Shown piece by piece: positions 29,415 through 38,031 of a stretch of DNA of 64,000 nucleotides (position 1 is the first letter of the stretch; the number at the start of each line of letters is the position of its first letter). The notes beneath the pieces are model-generated. The model was given only the letters and a program-made list of their open reading frames with translations, had not been told where the DNA came from and searched no databases. The DNA is taken from assembly GCA_020723065.1 (NCBI GenBank), contig DYJP01000005.1, positions 2,668 through 66,667 on the forward strand. Reading direction: 5' to 3'. Position numbers and translations under genes: made by a program. The DNA comes from Candidatus Micrarchaeum sp. Lineage in GTDB: Archaea; Micrarchaeota; Micrarchaeia; CABMEP01.

Positions 29415-30344
29415 ATGGTCAAGAAAGAGGAAAAACAAAACAACAACTCTGTCTTCAAGAAAGTTGATTTCATGGGTCTGGAGCTGACCTACGATGAGGC
29501 GAAGACCATACTTTTCCCCGCTCCTTATTCTTCTACATCCCTGACGCAGGGCACGCTTGACGGCCCGTCCGAAATCATCCAGAACTGGAACATGGAGGAC
29601 TACGACCTAGAACTTAACTACGCCCCATGCACTGCAAAAATTTACCCCCTTCCCGAAAAACTGTACGAAGGAGAGAAGGGATTGCAAGAAATACATGATA
29701 TTACTGGACAAATAATTAAAGACAAGAAACTTCCAGTAGTGCTTGGAGGAGACCATGCAATCTCGATCTCCACAGTAAAAGCCGCCTCAGAATCTTACAA
29801 CAACCTCAGCGTAGTCATATTCGACGCCCACACAGACATGAAGGACAGCTTCGACAACAAGAAGAACTCCAACCTCTCAGTCGCAAAGAGGATATCGGAG
29901 ACAGGAGTGGACATAGTCCAGATAGGGATAAGAAGCGTCGGAAGCGAAGAACTGGAGGACGCAGAGAAAATGAAGGCCTACTGCAGGGTGACTGAAAAAG
30001 AAATAAACCAGATAGTCAAGGATCTTAACGATAATGTTTATATTAGCATAGACGTGGATGCATTCGATCCTTCTATAATGCCTGCTACTCCGATGCCTGA
30101 GCCGTGGGGACTAAAATGGGAAGAAGTCATCGCTCCGCTCAAGAAGATCGGGAACAAAAAGAACATAGTAGGAATAGACATAACTGAACTGTCACCGATA
30201 CATGGATTCAGCACGCCGAATGTAATATGCGCACAGCTGGCCTACAAGGCGATCGGAATAAAGTACAGAAGGCAGGCGGAAGAAGAAGGATGGGAAAACT
30301 ACTACGAAAAGCAGATAAAGGAAAAGAAAGCGGTGAATAGATGA
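29415..30344 (+). CDS. speB: Agmatinase (arginase/ureohydrolase family)
   Basis: Mn-binding motifs GGDHAIS, DAHTD, SIDVDAFDPS. Confidence 0.8.
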   Translation: MVKKEEKQNNNSVFKKVDFMGLELTYDEAKTILFPAPYSSTSLTQGTLDGPSEIIQNWNMEDYDLELNYAPCTAKIYPLPEKLYEGEKGLQEIHDITGQIIKDKKLPVVLGGDHAISISTVKAASESYNNLSVVIFDAHTDMKDSFDNKKNSNLSVAKRISETGVDIVQIGIRSVGSEELEDAEKMKAYCRVTEKEINQIVKDLNDNVYISIDVDAFDPSIMPATPMPEPWGLKWEEVIAPLKKIGNKKNIVGIDITELSPIHGFSTPNVICAQLAYKAIGIKYRRQAEEEGWENYYEKQIKEKKAVNR

Positions 30345-31540
30345 AAATGAATAAACTTATGCTTGTAGCGGCTCTTGTATTCACAGTACTTCTGTTCGGA
30401 TGCATAGGGCCGAATGTGGAAGGGAACGGAGTAATAAAGAAGAATGGAACCAACATGACAAACGGAACAATCCCTTCAAATGGAACAAACCAAACCTTGC
30501 CGACAAGATGCGAGGAAATGACTTCCGGAAAGGAAGCATGCATAATTCAAAGGGCATACAACAATAATTACATTTACGATTGCTACCTACTTGATGGTGA
30601 ATATTTCGAACAGTGCATCAACAAGATAAGCGATCTAAACTATTCATACTGTATGAAGCTCGGCAACTCCACCAGTATGGACAACTGTCTAATGAACGTC
30701 GTAGCCAGATTCGGAGACAATGCGTGCGAGATGATCACAAATGAGACGCTGAGAACGAATTGCCTGCTCAGAGACTACACGGAGGAATGCAGGAACATCT
30801 CAAACCTGTTTGCAAGGACAGTCTGTAACGCAATAGCTAAAGCGAACGCTTCATTTTGCTCAGACCTTGACGATTCGACTCAAAAGGACGACTGCTACTT
30901 AGACTACTCTTTCACTAGGAACGAGAACGAATGCGAAAACATTGCCAATTTGGGAAAGAAAACCGCATGTAAGGATCTCGTGCTTAATCAAACAACCTGC
31001 GGCTCCCTGACGAACATCCAGATACAGGCAAACTGCTACCTTTACTACGCTGCTTACATGAAGGAATGTTCCTGGTGCGACCCGATAGGAGACATCACCT
31101 ATAAGAACAATTGCTACGAAAAGTGCGCAATAGAGACGAACAATATGGCAGTATGCGCCAGAGTATCTAGCGAGCTTGACAGAGACAACTGCTACTGGAA
31201 CTATGCAAAGGCAACTTTGGATGTGGATGCATGCCAAATGATAAAGATCATTTCATTCGAAAAGACCTGCACACAGCAGATTGCGCTTGCAAACGCGAAG
31301 CCAGCCGAATGCGACAACATGAAGGACACCACTGGCCTGAGCCAGACAGACATATCTGCGTGCTACATGGCGGTAATAACTGGAGCTGAAGTTTCCTTCG
31401 ACAACTGCGTGGCGATGAACGACGCATACATGGAGGACATCTGCATCTACAATGCAATAAAAAGGGACGGAATCTCTACTGACTACTGCGCCTACATCAA
31501 AGACAACGCCCTCAGAGAGGAATGCCTAAAGCTGTTCTAA
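30341..31540 (+). CDS. Secreted Cys-rich repeat lipoprotein with N-glycosylation sequon cluster
   Basis: Signal peptide plus LFGCIG. NGT/NMT/NQT sequons. About 38 Cys in reiterated D-x-C-Y...C units. ATGA start/stop overlap with speB. Confidence 0.6.
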   Translation: MKMNKLMLVAALVFTVLLFGCIGPNVEGNGVIKKNGTNMTNGTIPSNGTNQTLPTRCEEMTSGKEACIIQRAYNNNYIYDCYLLDGEYFEQCINKISDLNYSYCMKLGNSTSMDNCLMNVVARFGDNACEMITNETLRTNCLLRDYTEECRNISNLFARTVCNAIAKANASFCSDLDDSTQKDDCYLDYSFTRNENECENIANLGKKTACKDLVLNQTTCGSLTNIQIQANCYLYYAAYMKECSWCDPIGDITYKNNCYEKCAIETNNMAVCARVSSELDRDNCYWNYAKATLDVDACQMIKIISFEKTCTQQIALANAKPAECDNMKDTTGLSQTDISACYMAVITGAEVSFDNCVAMNDAYMEDICIYNAIKRDGISTDYCAYIKDNALREECLKLF

Positions 31541-31682
31541 TTCAATCCTTATTTTCTTTTTTACTTTTAAAATCAGTAGCACAAGCACTATCAATGCGAA
31601 ATAGTGCTAAACATAGGAGTTTTGGAATCAAAAAACCAAAGAAAATAAAAAGGAAAATGTAAGGAAGAACAAAAGTACGAAT

Positions 31683-32351
31683 TTATTCTGACTTTTCTTC
31701 AGAGACGTCAGAGTCTTCGTCAGACCCTTCGGTGTTCTCCTCTGTGTCAGACGCTGTAAGAACTGAAAGCTCGAAGTCCTCTGGCTTATACTTGAACTCA
31801 GAATCGTCCTTTATCATCCCCTTCGCCTTCATGAGCTCCTTTGTCAGTAGGTAAAATATAAACGGCACGGATTTCTTACCCTTATTGTTGCAAGGGATGA
31901 AGAAATCCAAATTCTTTGTGGAATTATCTGTATCAGCAAGGCCTATATTCAGGGATCCTCTGAAAGTTCCCTCAACAAGCGCCTGCTTCTCCACTCTCGG
32001 GTCGCAGACAAATATCACGTTTGGCTCAAAGAAATTACTCTTGGAGGGATTCGTGAACGTTCCAGGTACGAATCTTCCAAAGAATGGCTTCGCTCCGAAT
32101 ATTTCCGCGAACTTCTTTGCGGCAGGAACTGCATATACTCTCGATGCGACTATCGCCACCTTGGACATGTCCACTTTGGCGAGAATCTTCGCCATCTCCT
32201 GTATCCTCTTGTCGATCATCTCGACATTGAGCATAACAAGCTTGTCTTTCCTGTACTTGTAAACGAACTTCTTCATCCACTTGCTGGACACTCTGGTGCC
32301 GATGTGCACACCGGCTTCAAGATACTGTTCATGAGAATTGTTTTCAACCAT
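31683..32351 (-). CDS. rps2: Ribosomal protein uS2 (S2)
   Basis: uS2 core motifs and an acidic C-terminal tail. Position next to the RpoN cluster. Confidence 0.85.
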   Translation of the reverse strand: MVENNSHEQYLEAGVHIGTRVSSKWMKKFVYKYRKDKLVMLNVEMIDKRIQEMAKILAKVDMSKVAIVASRVYAVPAAKKFAEIFGAKPFFGRFVPGTFTNPSKSNFFEPNVIFVCDPRVEKQALVEGTFRGSLNIGLADTDNSTKNLDFFIPCNNKGKKSVPFIFYLLTKELMKAKGMIKDDSEFKYKPEDFELSVLTASDTEENTEGSDEDSDVSEEKSE

Positions 32352-32422
32352 TTAATCAACCTTTAATATCAATTACATATTTAATTAGCATAATTTTCAA
32401 ATCTTCATTCTGATTATTACGA

Positions 32423-32584
32423 TGGGGCCGCCGAGATTTATTCAAACTTTCAGGCATTTTGATGAAACTTTAACTTTTTAAAAGTTAAAATTTCGCAATT
32501 ATTGCAAAACTTTTCCAAAAAGTTTCTTGAACTCGGGTCGCCACCACCCCAAGGTGGAAGCCTACCAGGCTAGCAGACGGCCCC
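32423..32584 (-). tRNA. tRNA-Pro (anticodon GGG) with an about 97-nt intron in the T-loop (non-canonical position)
   Basis: 5' half: GGGGCCG acceptor, D-loop with conserved GG, anticodon arm CCACC-TTGGGGT-GGTGG, T-stem CCGAG plus TTCAA. 3' half 97 nt downstream: AAT-CTCGG, then CGGCCCC plus discriminator A, a perfect acceptor match. The ends of the intervening sequence pair (GAAACTTT/AAAGTTTG). Confidence 0.55.
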
Positions 32585-32593
32585 GGTTAATAC

Positions 32594-32791
32594 TCAGTGT
32601 CCCTTGTAGTGTATTACCTCGTCGGAAAGGTCTATGTGGGATATGAACATCCTTCTGCAACAGTATCTCTTGATTCCCAATTCGTCCAAAACTGCCGAAG
32701 GATCCTTGCCCTGCGAAACCTTCTCCTTATATGATTCAAATAAATGTCCAATCGGTTTCCCGCACGAAAAACATCTTATCGGTGCCAGCAT
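32594..32791 (-). CDS. rpoN: RNA polymerase subunit N (Rpb10)
   Basis: MLAPIRCFSCGKPIG...KRYCCRRM zinc motif. Start placed at the internal ATG. Confidence 0.85.
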   Translation of the reverse strand: MLAPIRCFSCGKPIGHLFESYKEKVSQGKDPSAVLDELGIKRYCCRRMFISHIDLSDEVIHYKGH

Positions 32792-32810
32792 ATGATTACC
32801 TCTTGTATAA

Positions 32811-33197
32811 TTATCTCTTACTATTGTCAATAATGAAATTGACAAACTCCTCGACTTCCTTCCTGAGCTTCTCGCTCGTAATCCTTATTTGAGCATGCTT
32901 CATGTCCGCAGTATTGATTTCCAACCCCGCTATTGATCTGGTAAAAAGCCCAAGTATGCAGCTGAGACTCAACGCATCTTTAGCCGAGATGTAAAGCTCA
33001 TCAAGCTCGTCTGGAACACCCCTTACCCACTTAACATTGATAAGTCCCATCTTAGGCTCGAGCATAATATCTACATTACCCATCTTGCTCTTGCTGAACG
33101 CTCTAACCTGTGTCCATTCATTTGTGGTATTGACTATCACATTGCTGATCGAATTCGTTCTCGATATGAACTTCATCTCATTTTCCTGTAAAGCCAT
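32811..33197 (-). CDS. Hypothetical protein inserted between rps9 and rpoN
   Basis: 128 aa with no recognisable family. Occupies the slot where rpoK/eno usually sit. Confidence 0.45.
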   Translation of the reverse strand: MALQENEMKFISRTNSISNVIVNTTNEWTQVRAFSKSKMGNVDIMLEPKMGLINVKWVRGVPDELDELYISAKDALSLSCILGLFTRSIAGLEINTADMKHAQIRITSEKLRKEVEEFVNFIIDNSKR

Positions 33198-33218
33198 AAT
33201 ACCACCGAATGAAATATA

Positions 33219-33758
33219 TCATCTGTAGGACTTCTGGAACCTTGCTCTTGCCTTTCTTCCCTTGAATTTCTTTGGCTCAACTTGCCTGGAATCGTCTACA
33301 AGAAGGAAACGATCGTAAGCGAGCATATCTTTCTTAAGCTGGGAGTCCTTGGTGTACATCACGAGCGCCTTTGCTATTGCAGATCTTGCAGCCTGCGCCT
33401 GACCCATCTGACCTCCTCCGCAAACATTGACATTAATGTCCACTTGGGATGCGTAGTCTCCAGCTATTTTAAGCGGTTCTGATATCATCATCTTTACATG
33501 TGGATTGTCTATCGCTTGAAGGTTGATCTTGTTGATCTTGACGACGCTCTTACCTGCCTTTATGGAGGCTCTTGCAATCGCCATCTTCCTTCTTGCCGAG
33601 ACAGTTATCTGCTTAGGCTTCGAAATTCTCTTCTTTTTAGACTCTACCTTCTCTACCTTTTGCTCTATCTTGACTTCCTTGTGCTTCTCTTCCTTCACAG
33701 GAGTCTCTACAATCTTCTCCGCTTCTACGGATTCTTTAGTAGTCTTACGCTTTGCCAT
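33219..33758 (-). CDS. rps9: Ribosomal protein uS9 (S9) with Lys-rich N-terminal extension
   Basis: C-terminal ...GRKARARFQKSYR and an S9 core. Confidence 0.85.
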   Translation of the reverse strand: MAKRKTTKESVEAEKIVETPVKEEKHKEVKIEQKVEKVESKKKRISKPKQITVSARRKMAIARASIKAGKSVVKINKINLQAIDNPHVKMMISEPLKIAGDYASQVDINVNVCGGGQMGQAQAARSAIAKALVMYTKDSQLKKDMLAYDRFLLVDDSRQVEPKKFKGRKARARFQKSYR

Positions 33759-34170
33759 ACCAACCCAACTCTCTCGATAAATCGCTCATTGAAATATACA
33801 TCTTAGGAACCTTTTTCTCCACCGGGACCGCGGATGCGAGCTGCTTTGCAAGCTCATCTGGAACTCCCATATGGACAGTAAGCCTCTTGTAGGCCTGTCT
33901 TCCAGTCGATCTGTCGAACGGAATCATACCCCTGATCATCCTTCTGACCAGCATGTCCGGCCTTCTCGGGAACTTCGGAGATTTCTCCGGATCCGCTTTC
34001 TGCTTGAGGCTTCTCCTTACCTTGAACTTCGCGACAATCTGCTTCGGATTGCCGCTAATTATTATCTTCTCTGCGTTGACAACTACAACCTGCTCTCCAT
34101 TGAGCACTGATTTCGCCGCAACTGTTGCAAGCCTTCCGAAGATAGCTCCTTCACCGTTAATAATCTTCAT
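33745..34170 (-). CDS. rpl13: Ribosomal protein uL13 (L13)
   Basis: INGEGAIFGRLATVAAK...VVVVNAEK. Start moved to the ATG at 34170. Confidence 0.8.
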   Translation of the reverse strand: MKIINGEGAIFGRLATVAAKSVLNGEQVVVVNAEKIIISGNPKQIVAKFKVRRSLKQKADPEKSPKFPRRPDMLVRRMIRGMIPFDRSTGRQAYKRLTVHMGVPDELAKQLASAVPVEKKVPKMYISMSDLSRELGWYGKA

Positions 34171-34190
34171 ATAAACACCTTCAAACAACA

Positions 34191-34535
34191 TTACTTAACG
34201 AGTATGATGTCCTTAGCACCCCTCTTCACGAGCCATGCATAATCATGCATCGCTCCGCCGCTCGCCTTTATCTTCTTCTTTGCTGAATCACTGAATGAGA
34301 GCGCAACAATGTCCACCTTGTGAGCGAGTTCGCCGCTTCCCAGAACCTTTCCTGCAATCACCACTACAGAATTCGGCTTTGAAACATAAGATATTTTGTT
34401 CAAATTAACACTAACCTGCTTTCTACTTGGAGCCTTAAGCATGCTCGCAAGAAGCTTGAACACCTTGGAACCCTTCGCTGCGGTCAATGTCTTTATAGCA
34501 TTTATCGACTCTATTTTTTCCGGTCCGTATACCAT
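34191..34535 (-). CDS. rpl18e: Ribosomal protein eL18 (L18e)
   Basis: 114 aa. L18e family similarity and conserved position. Confidence 0.75.
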   Translation of the reverse strand: MVYGPEKIESINAIKTLTAAKGSKVFKLLASMLKAPSRKQVSVNLNKISYVSKPNSVVVIAGKVLGSGELAHKVDIVALSFSDSAKKKIKASGGAMHDYAWLVKRGAKDIILVK

Positions 34536-34654
34536 AATTACACCTTAAATATCATTCATTCCGATCGTGAATATAATTTATTCTGATTTTTCACATTTGT
34601 TTTTTTTTTTCATTTTCATTTTTTTTAATTAAACTTTTTCCTGAAAAGTTTGAA

Positions 34655-34740
34655 TGCAGGAGGTGGGATTTGAACCCACGCAGCCACTACGGCACCAACC
34701 CCTCAAGCTGGCGCATTTGACCTAACTCTGCCACCCCTGC
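34655..34740 (-). tRNA. tRNA-Leu (anticodon GAG)
   Basis: Acceptor GCAGGGG/CTCCTGC. Anticodon loop TTGAGGG. Long variable arm. T-arm GTGGG-TTCAAAT-CCCAC. Discriminator A. Confidence 0.8.
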
Positions 34741-34757
34741 AGGATCAATGTGAATTC

Positions 34758-35330
34758 TCACTCTGATTTCTTGAGCTCGGATTCTATCTCCTCGGCAGAC
34801 TCTTGGATCTTCACCAGTACTTTCTTGAGTATTGTCTCCGCTGGCATCTGTCCGTAAGACTCGATAATGAACTTAAATTCATCTCCAACATGCTCATATG
34901 CGACGAGTCCAGGCTGGTGCCTTGCGTGCTTCTTACCTGTGGCAAGAACCGCCTTGCATTCCATTCTTATGTTCTGATCGTCGAGTAGCTTTATTATCGG
35001 CATGTTTGAGTAGACTGGGACCACATTCTTGTCCGTGGATTTCAAACTGTCTGAATAGATGGTGTTCGGTCCAGTGACATCGAGCATAAGGGTCACTTCC
35101 TCTCCCAGCTTCGCTTTAGACGGCGTGGTGAGCGGAATTAAACCGAGCCTGTGCGTTATATACTCATCGAAGAAAGATGAGTTATTCTCGTATATCGCAA
35201 CCTCCTCTATCGCGAACACTGGCACAGAATTCACTGCATATCTTCTGATCAGGTTTGCGAAAGGAGTAGTTGCTCCGCTCAACGTAAAGCTCATTTCCTG
35301 TTCAGTGTTTGATTGGACCGATATTTTCAT
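34758..35330 (-). CDS. rpoD: RNA polymerase subunit D (Rpb3 homolog), short form without Cys cluster
   Basis: RpoD dimerisation-domain motifs (ANLIRRYAVNSVP, HRLGLIPL). 190 aa, as in methanogen RpoD. Confidence 0.75.
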   Translation of the reverse strand: MKISVQSNTEQEMSFTLSGATTPFANLIRRYAVNSVPVFAIEEVAIYENNSSFFDEYITHRLGLIPLTTPSKAKLGEEVTLMLDVTGPNTIYSDSLKSTDKNVVPVYSNMPIIKLLDDQNIRMECKAVLATGKKHARHQPGLVAYEHVGDEFKFIIESYGQMPAETILKKVLVKIQESAEEIESELKKSE

Positions 35331-35379
35331 GTTTGCACCTTTAATCCATAAGTATCCTGAATTAAACCGGGAAATGAGA

Positions 35380-35943
35380 TTAAACCCTCCTTCCTCTTCT
35401 TCCGCCCGGCCTCTTTGTGGTGTCGGTCGGAACCGGAGTTACGTCTTCGATTCTTTCAATCCTCATTCCAGAACGCGCAAGCGCTCTTACCACTGCCTGC
35501 GCTCCAGGTCCTGGAGTCTTCTCATTGTGTCCTCCCGGGGCTCGGATCTTCACTCTTATCCTTGTAAATCCTTTTCTGACTGCGATTTCCGCCGCCTTGA
35601 TCGTTGCCCTCATGGCTGCGAACGGAGATCCTTCTTCTCTATCTGAATCGACCACCATTCCACCGCTGCCACGGGAAATTATTTCTGATCCAGTAAGATC
35701 AGTTATTGTAATTATCGTATTATTCCTTGAGGAATAGACATGAGCGACTGCAACCTTTCCCTGTCCTGACGGAAGGAACGATCTCTGTCTGAAGCGCCCG
35801 CCCGTGCGTCCGCCTCTTTTCTCTCTTCTTCCCTCACCGCTTTCCCCTTTCGGCTCTTCCTTGGTCTCTACTTTCTCATCAAGAGGTTTGACCTGCTCTT
35901 TCTCCTTTAAAACAACCTTCTCTTCTTCTGCCATAAATATCAT
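35380..35943 (-). CDS. rps11: Ribosomal protein uS11 (S11) with N-terminal extension
   Basis: S11 core ([18 protein letters not shown]...[11 protein letters not shown]). C-terminal basic tail. Confidence 0.85.
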   Translation of the reverse strand: MIFMAEEEKVVLKEKEQVKPLDEKVETKEEPKGESGEGRREKRGGRTGGRFRQRSFLPSGQGKVAVAHVYSSRNNTIITITDLTGSEIISRGSGGMVVDSDREEGSPFAAMRATIKAAEIAVRKGFTRIRVKIRAPGGHNEKTPGPGAQAVVRALARSGMRIERIEDVTPVPTDTTKRPGGRRGRRV

Positions 35944-35961
35944 CTCAAATCTTTATGAAAA

Positions 35962-36498
35962 TTACTGGACTATCTCGGCATCCGGCTTCTGTGATTTGAG
36001 CTCCACTTTCTGCGTGACATCGATTTGGATAGGTTTATAATATCCTATCTTTGTCTGGAGTTCAACTGGAACCTGATAACTCGGAGACCTCACTTTCTTT
36101 CCATCTATGGAAATGTATCCATGTGTAATGAGCTGTCTTGCCTGTTTCATTGTCTTTGAAAGGCCGTTCCTGTACACCAAAGTCTGCAGTCTTCTCTCTA
36201 ACACGTCTTTTGTTGTTAGCGAAAGAATTTCATCCACATTCGCTGTCGGCTTGCAGTATCCTGCAATGATGGTCTGTTTGAGAATTTCCGTCTTCTGGGC
36301 TTCTCCTTTTTCACCTAACGCAAGCAAGTCCTTATATCTTGTTCTCAGCTTTCTCAGAATCGACTTTGCAATCCAAATCTCCTTAATATTCTTGAGCCCG
36401 TACTCCTGGACTAAACCGCTCTCTTCACTAATTCTTGTAGAGTCCCACAATTGCTGCGGAACGGCGTATCTCTTCCTTAATTTTCTCGGATCTCCCAT
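35962..36498 (-). CDS. rps4: Ribosomal protein uS4 (S4)
   Basis: MGDPRKLRKRY N-terminus and an S4 RNA-binding domain. Confidence 0.85.
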   Translation of the reverse strand: MGDPRKLRKRYAVPQQLWDSTRISEESGLVQEYGLKNIKEIWIAKSILRKLRTRYKDLLALGEKGEAQKTEILKQTIIAGYCKPTANVDEILSLTTKDVLERRLQTLVYRNGLSKTMKQARQLITHGYISIDGKKVRSPSYQVPVELQTKIGYYKPIQIDVTQKVELKSQKPDAEIVQ

Positions 36499-36525
36499 AA
36501 ATATCACTTCATAAAAATAAAATTA

Positions 36526-37098
36526 TCACTTCTTTGCCGATGCAGTCTTTGCTGCCGACTTCGCCTCTGCTGCAGGCTTTGCAGCAGTTGTAATCTTGGA
36601 CTTGGTGACTCCCATAGTGAGTCCCTTTCTTCCGGTCGTCCTTGTTCCTTGGCCCCTTACTTTCTGGCCGTAGGCATGCCTGTATCCCTTCCAGGTGTAC
36701 AACGTCTTCTGCCTTTCAACGTCTCCCCTCATCGTGAAGAGCACATCGTTTCCTGTAATATGGACATCTTTCCCTGTTTCCATATCCTTCCTTCTGTTGT
36801 ATAAATATACAGGTATATTGTACTTCGCAGGAGACTTAACTATCTCTTCTATCTGGTCTGTCTGCTCCTCAGTGAACTTTCCAATTGGAGTGTCCACTGA
36901 AATGTTCATCTCCTTAGAAATTATCTTGGCGTAAACCTTTGACAACCTGAAGCCTACTCCCTTAACTTGCCTCAATGCGTCAATCAATGGGACATGACCC
37001 TTGACGTCCTTTCCGATCAGGTGCACGATTCCCCTGATCTCTTCTGACTGCGCCTCGTGATGAGGTGCCTTTGCATGTGAAATATTATCTTTCGCCAT
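36526..37098 (-). CDS. rps13: Ribosomal protein uS13 (S13)
   Basis: IRGIVHLIGKDV... S13 motifs. Basic Ala/Lys C-terminal tail. Confidence 0.85.
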   Translation of the reverse strand: MAKDNISHAKAPHHEAQSEEIRGIVHLIGKDVKGHVPLIDALRQVKGVGFRLSKVYAKIISKEMNISVDTPIGKFTEEQTDQIEEIVKSPAKYNIPVYLYNRRKDMETGKDVHITGNDVLFTMRGDVERQKTLYTWKGYRHAYGQKVRGQGTRTTGRKGLTMGVTKSKITTAAKPAAEAKSAAKTASAKK

Positions 37099-37313
37099 TT
37101 AATTCACTCTTTAAATCGGAATAATCCGTTAAATCACCCGAAGGGTGCAATAACCTAAGAAGATACTGTAAGAAAAGCGGTGAGCGATGCTTACATATAT
37201 CGTATACTACTTAAAAAGTATATTATATTATCATAAACAACTTTTTAAATATTCCTATGGCCAGGTTATACTAACCACGTCGAAACAGCCCTTGCCAGAA
37301 AGGCCATTTTGAG

Positions 37314-37452
37314 CGCGGAGGGCGAGATTTGAACTCGCACGGCCAATTAAGACCACCAGCTTACCAGCAAACTCTTTAAGAAAGAGTTTGATCAGAAATG
37401 AATTCTGAACCAATTTCCAGGCTGGCGCAATACCAGGTTATGCGACCTCCGC
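37314..37452 (-). tRNA. tRNA-Ser (anticodon GGA) with an about 52-nt canonical 37/38 intron
   Basis: Acceptor GCGGAGG/CCTCCGC. Discriminator G (a Ser identity element). Anticodon stem CCAGC with loop CTGGAAA, interrupted before the GCTGG return strand. Long variable arm (GGTC/GGCC). T-arm GCGAG-TTCAAAT-CTCGC. Confidence 0.6.
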
Positions 37453-37711
37453 ATATGATATAAGTGCTCAAACTTTGAACCCACGACTAGCTGCCATGAG
37501 AATAAGCAGTAATAATTAGAGCGCGAAGTATTTAAAATTTCCCTTGTTCTAATAAAAGGCATGCGATTAAAATACAGGCTTTTATAACTAGATTGCGTCG
37601 ATATATGCAGAATGAAAAGGAAACTGTAACGATGTAGAATAAAAACGAAAAGCGGACAGGAAACCGATCTTCCGAGAGAAGATCGACGAGGAATCCCTGG
37701 ATAAAGATCGC

Positions 37712-37996
37712 ATGATCATAAGAGCATTCACAAGGGCGAAGATAAAGACATATCCTCAACTTTATAAGAAAGCAAAAGCAGAATACAACCTATTCTATAT
37801 AAACGGTTTAAACACAAAACTGATAAATGAAATACAGAAATATCTTCTCATGACTGGAAGAAAAGGCCTATCAGACTATGAAACGAACCTTAAAGAAAAG
37901 CCAAAAGCCGCCCGCAAGAGAAGAAGGACGGAAAAGATCTTGAGGGAATACTTGGACCTAGCCAAAAGGCAAACCAAATTGATGGACATGTATTGA
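37712..37996 (+). CDS. Small basic hypothetical protein
   Basis: 94 aa, Lys/Arg-rich. Confidence 0.35.
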   Translation: MIIRAFTRAKIKTYPQLYKKAKAEYNLFYINGLNTKLINEIQKYLLMTGRKGLSDYETNLKEKPKAARKRRRTEKILREYLDLAKRQTKLMDMY

Positions 37997-38031
37997 AACA
38001 GAAAATGTAATTTACTGAAAAACGAAAAATA

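Noticed and set aside
34758-35330. RpoD of only 190 aa, considered as a possible truncation
   Set aside because: Short RpoD lacking the Cys-cluster domain is normal in several euryarchaeal lineages such as methanococci, so it is not anomalous.
37453-37520. GTGGGTTCAAAG motif (minus strand) resembling a T-arm just upstream of tRNA-Ser
   Set aside because: No complementary CCCAC return strand, no acceptor stem, and it abuts the tRNA-Ser 5' end. It is probably a promoter or leader region.
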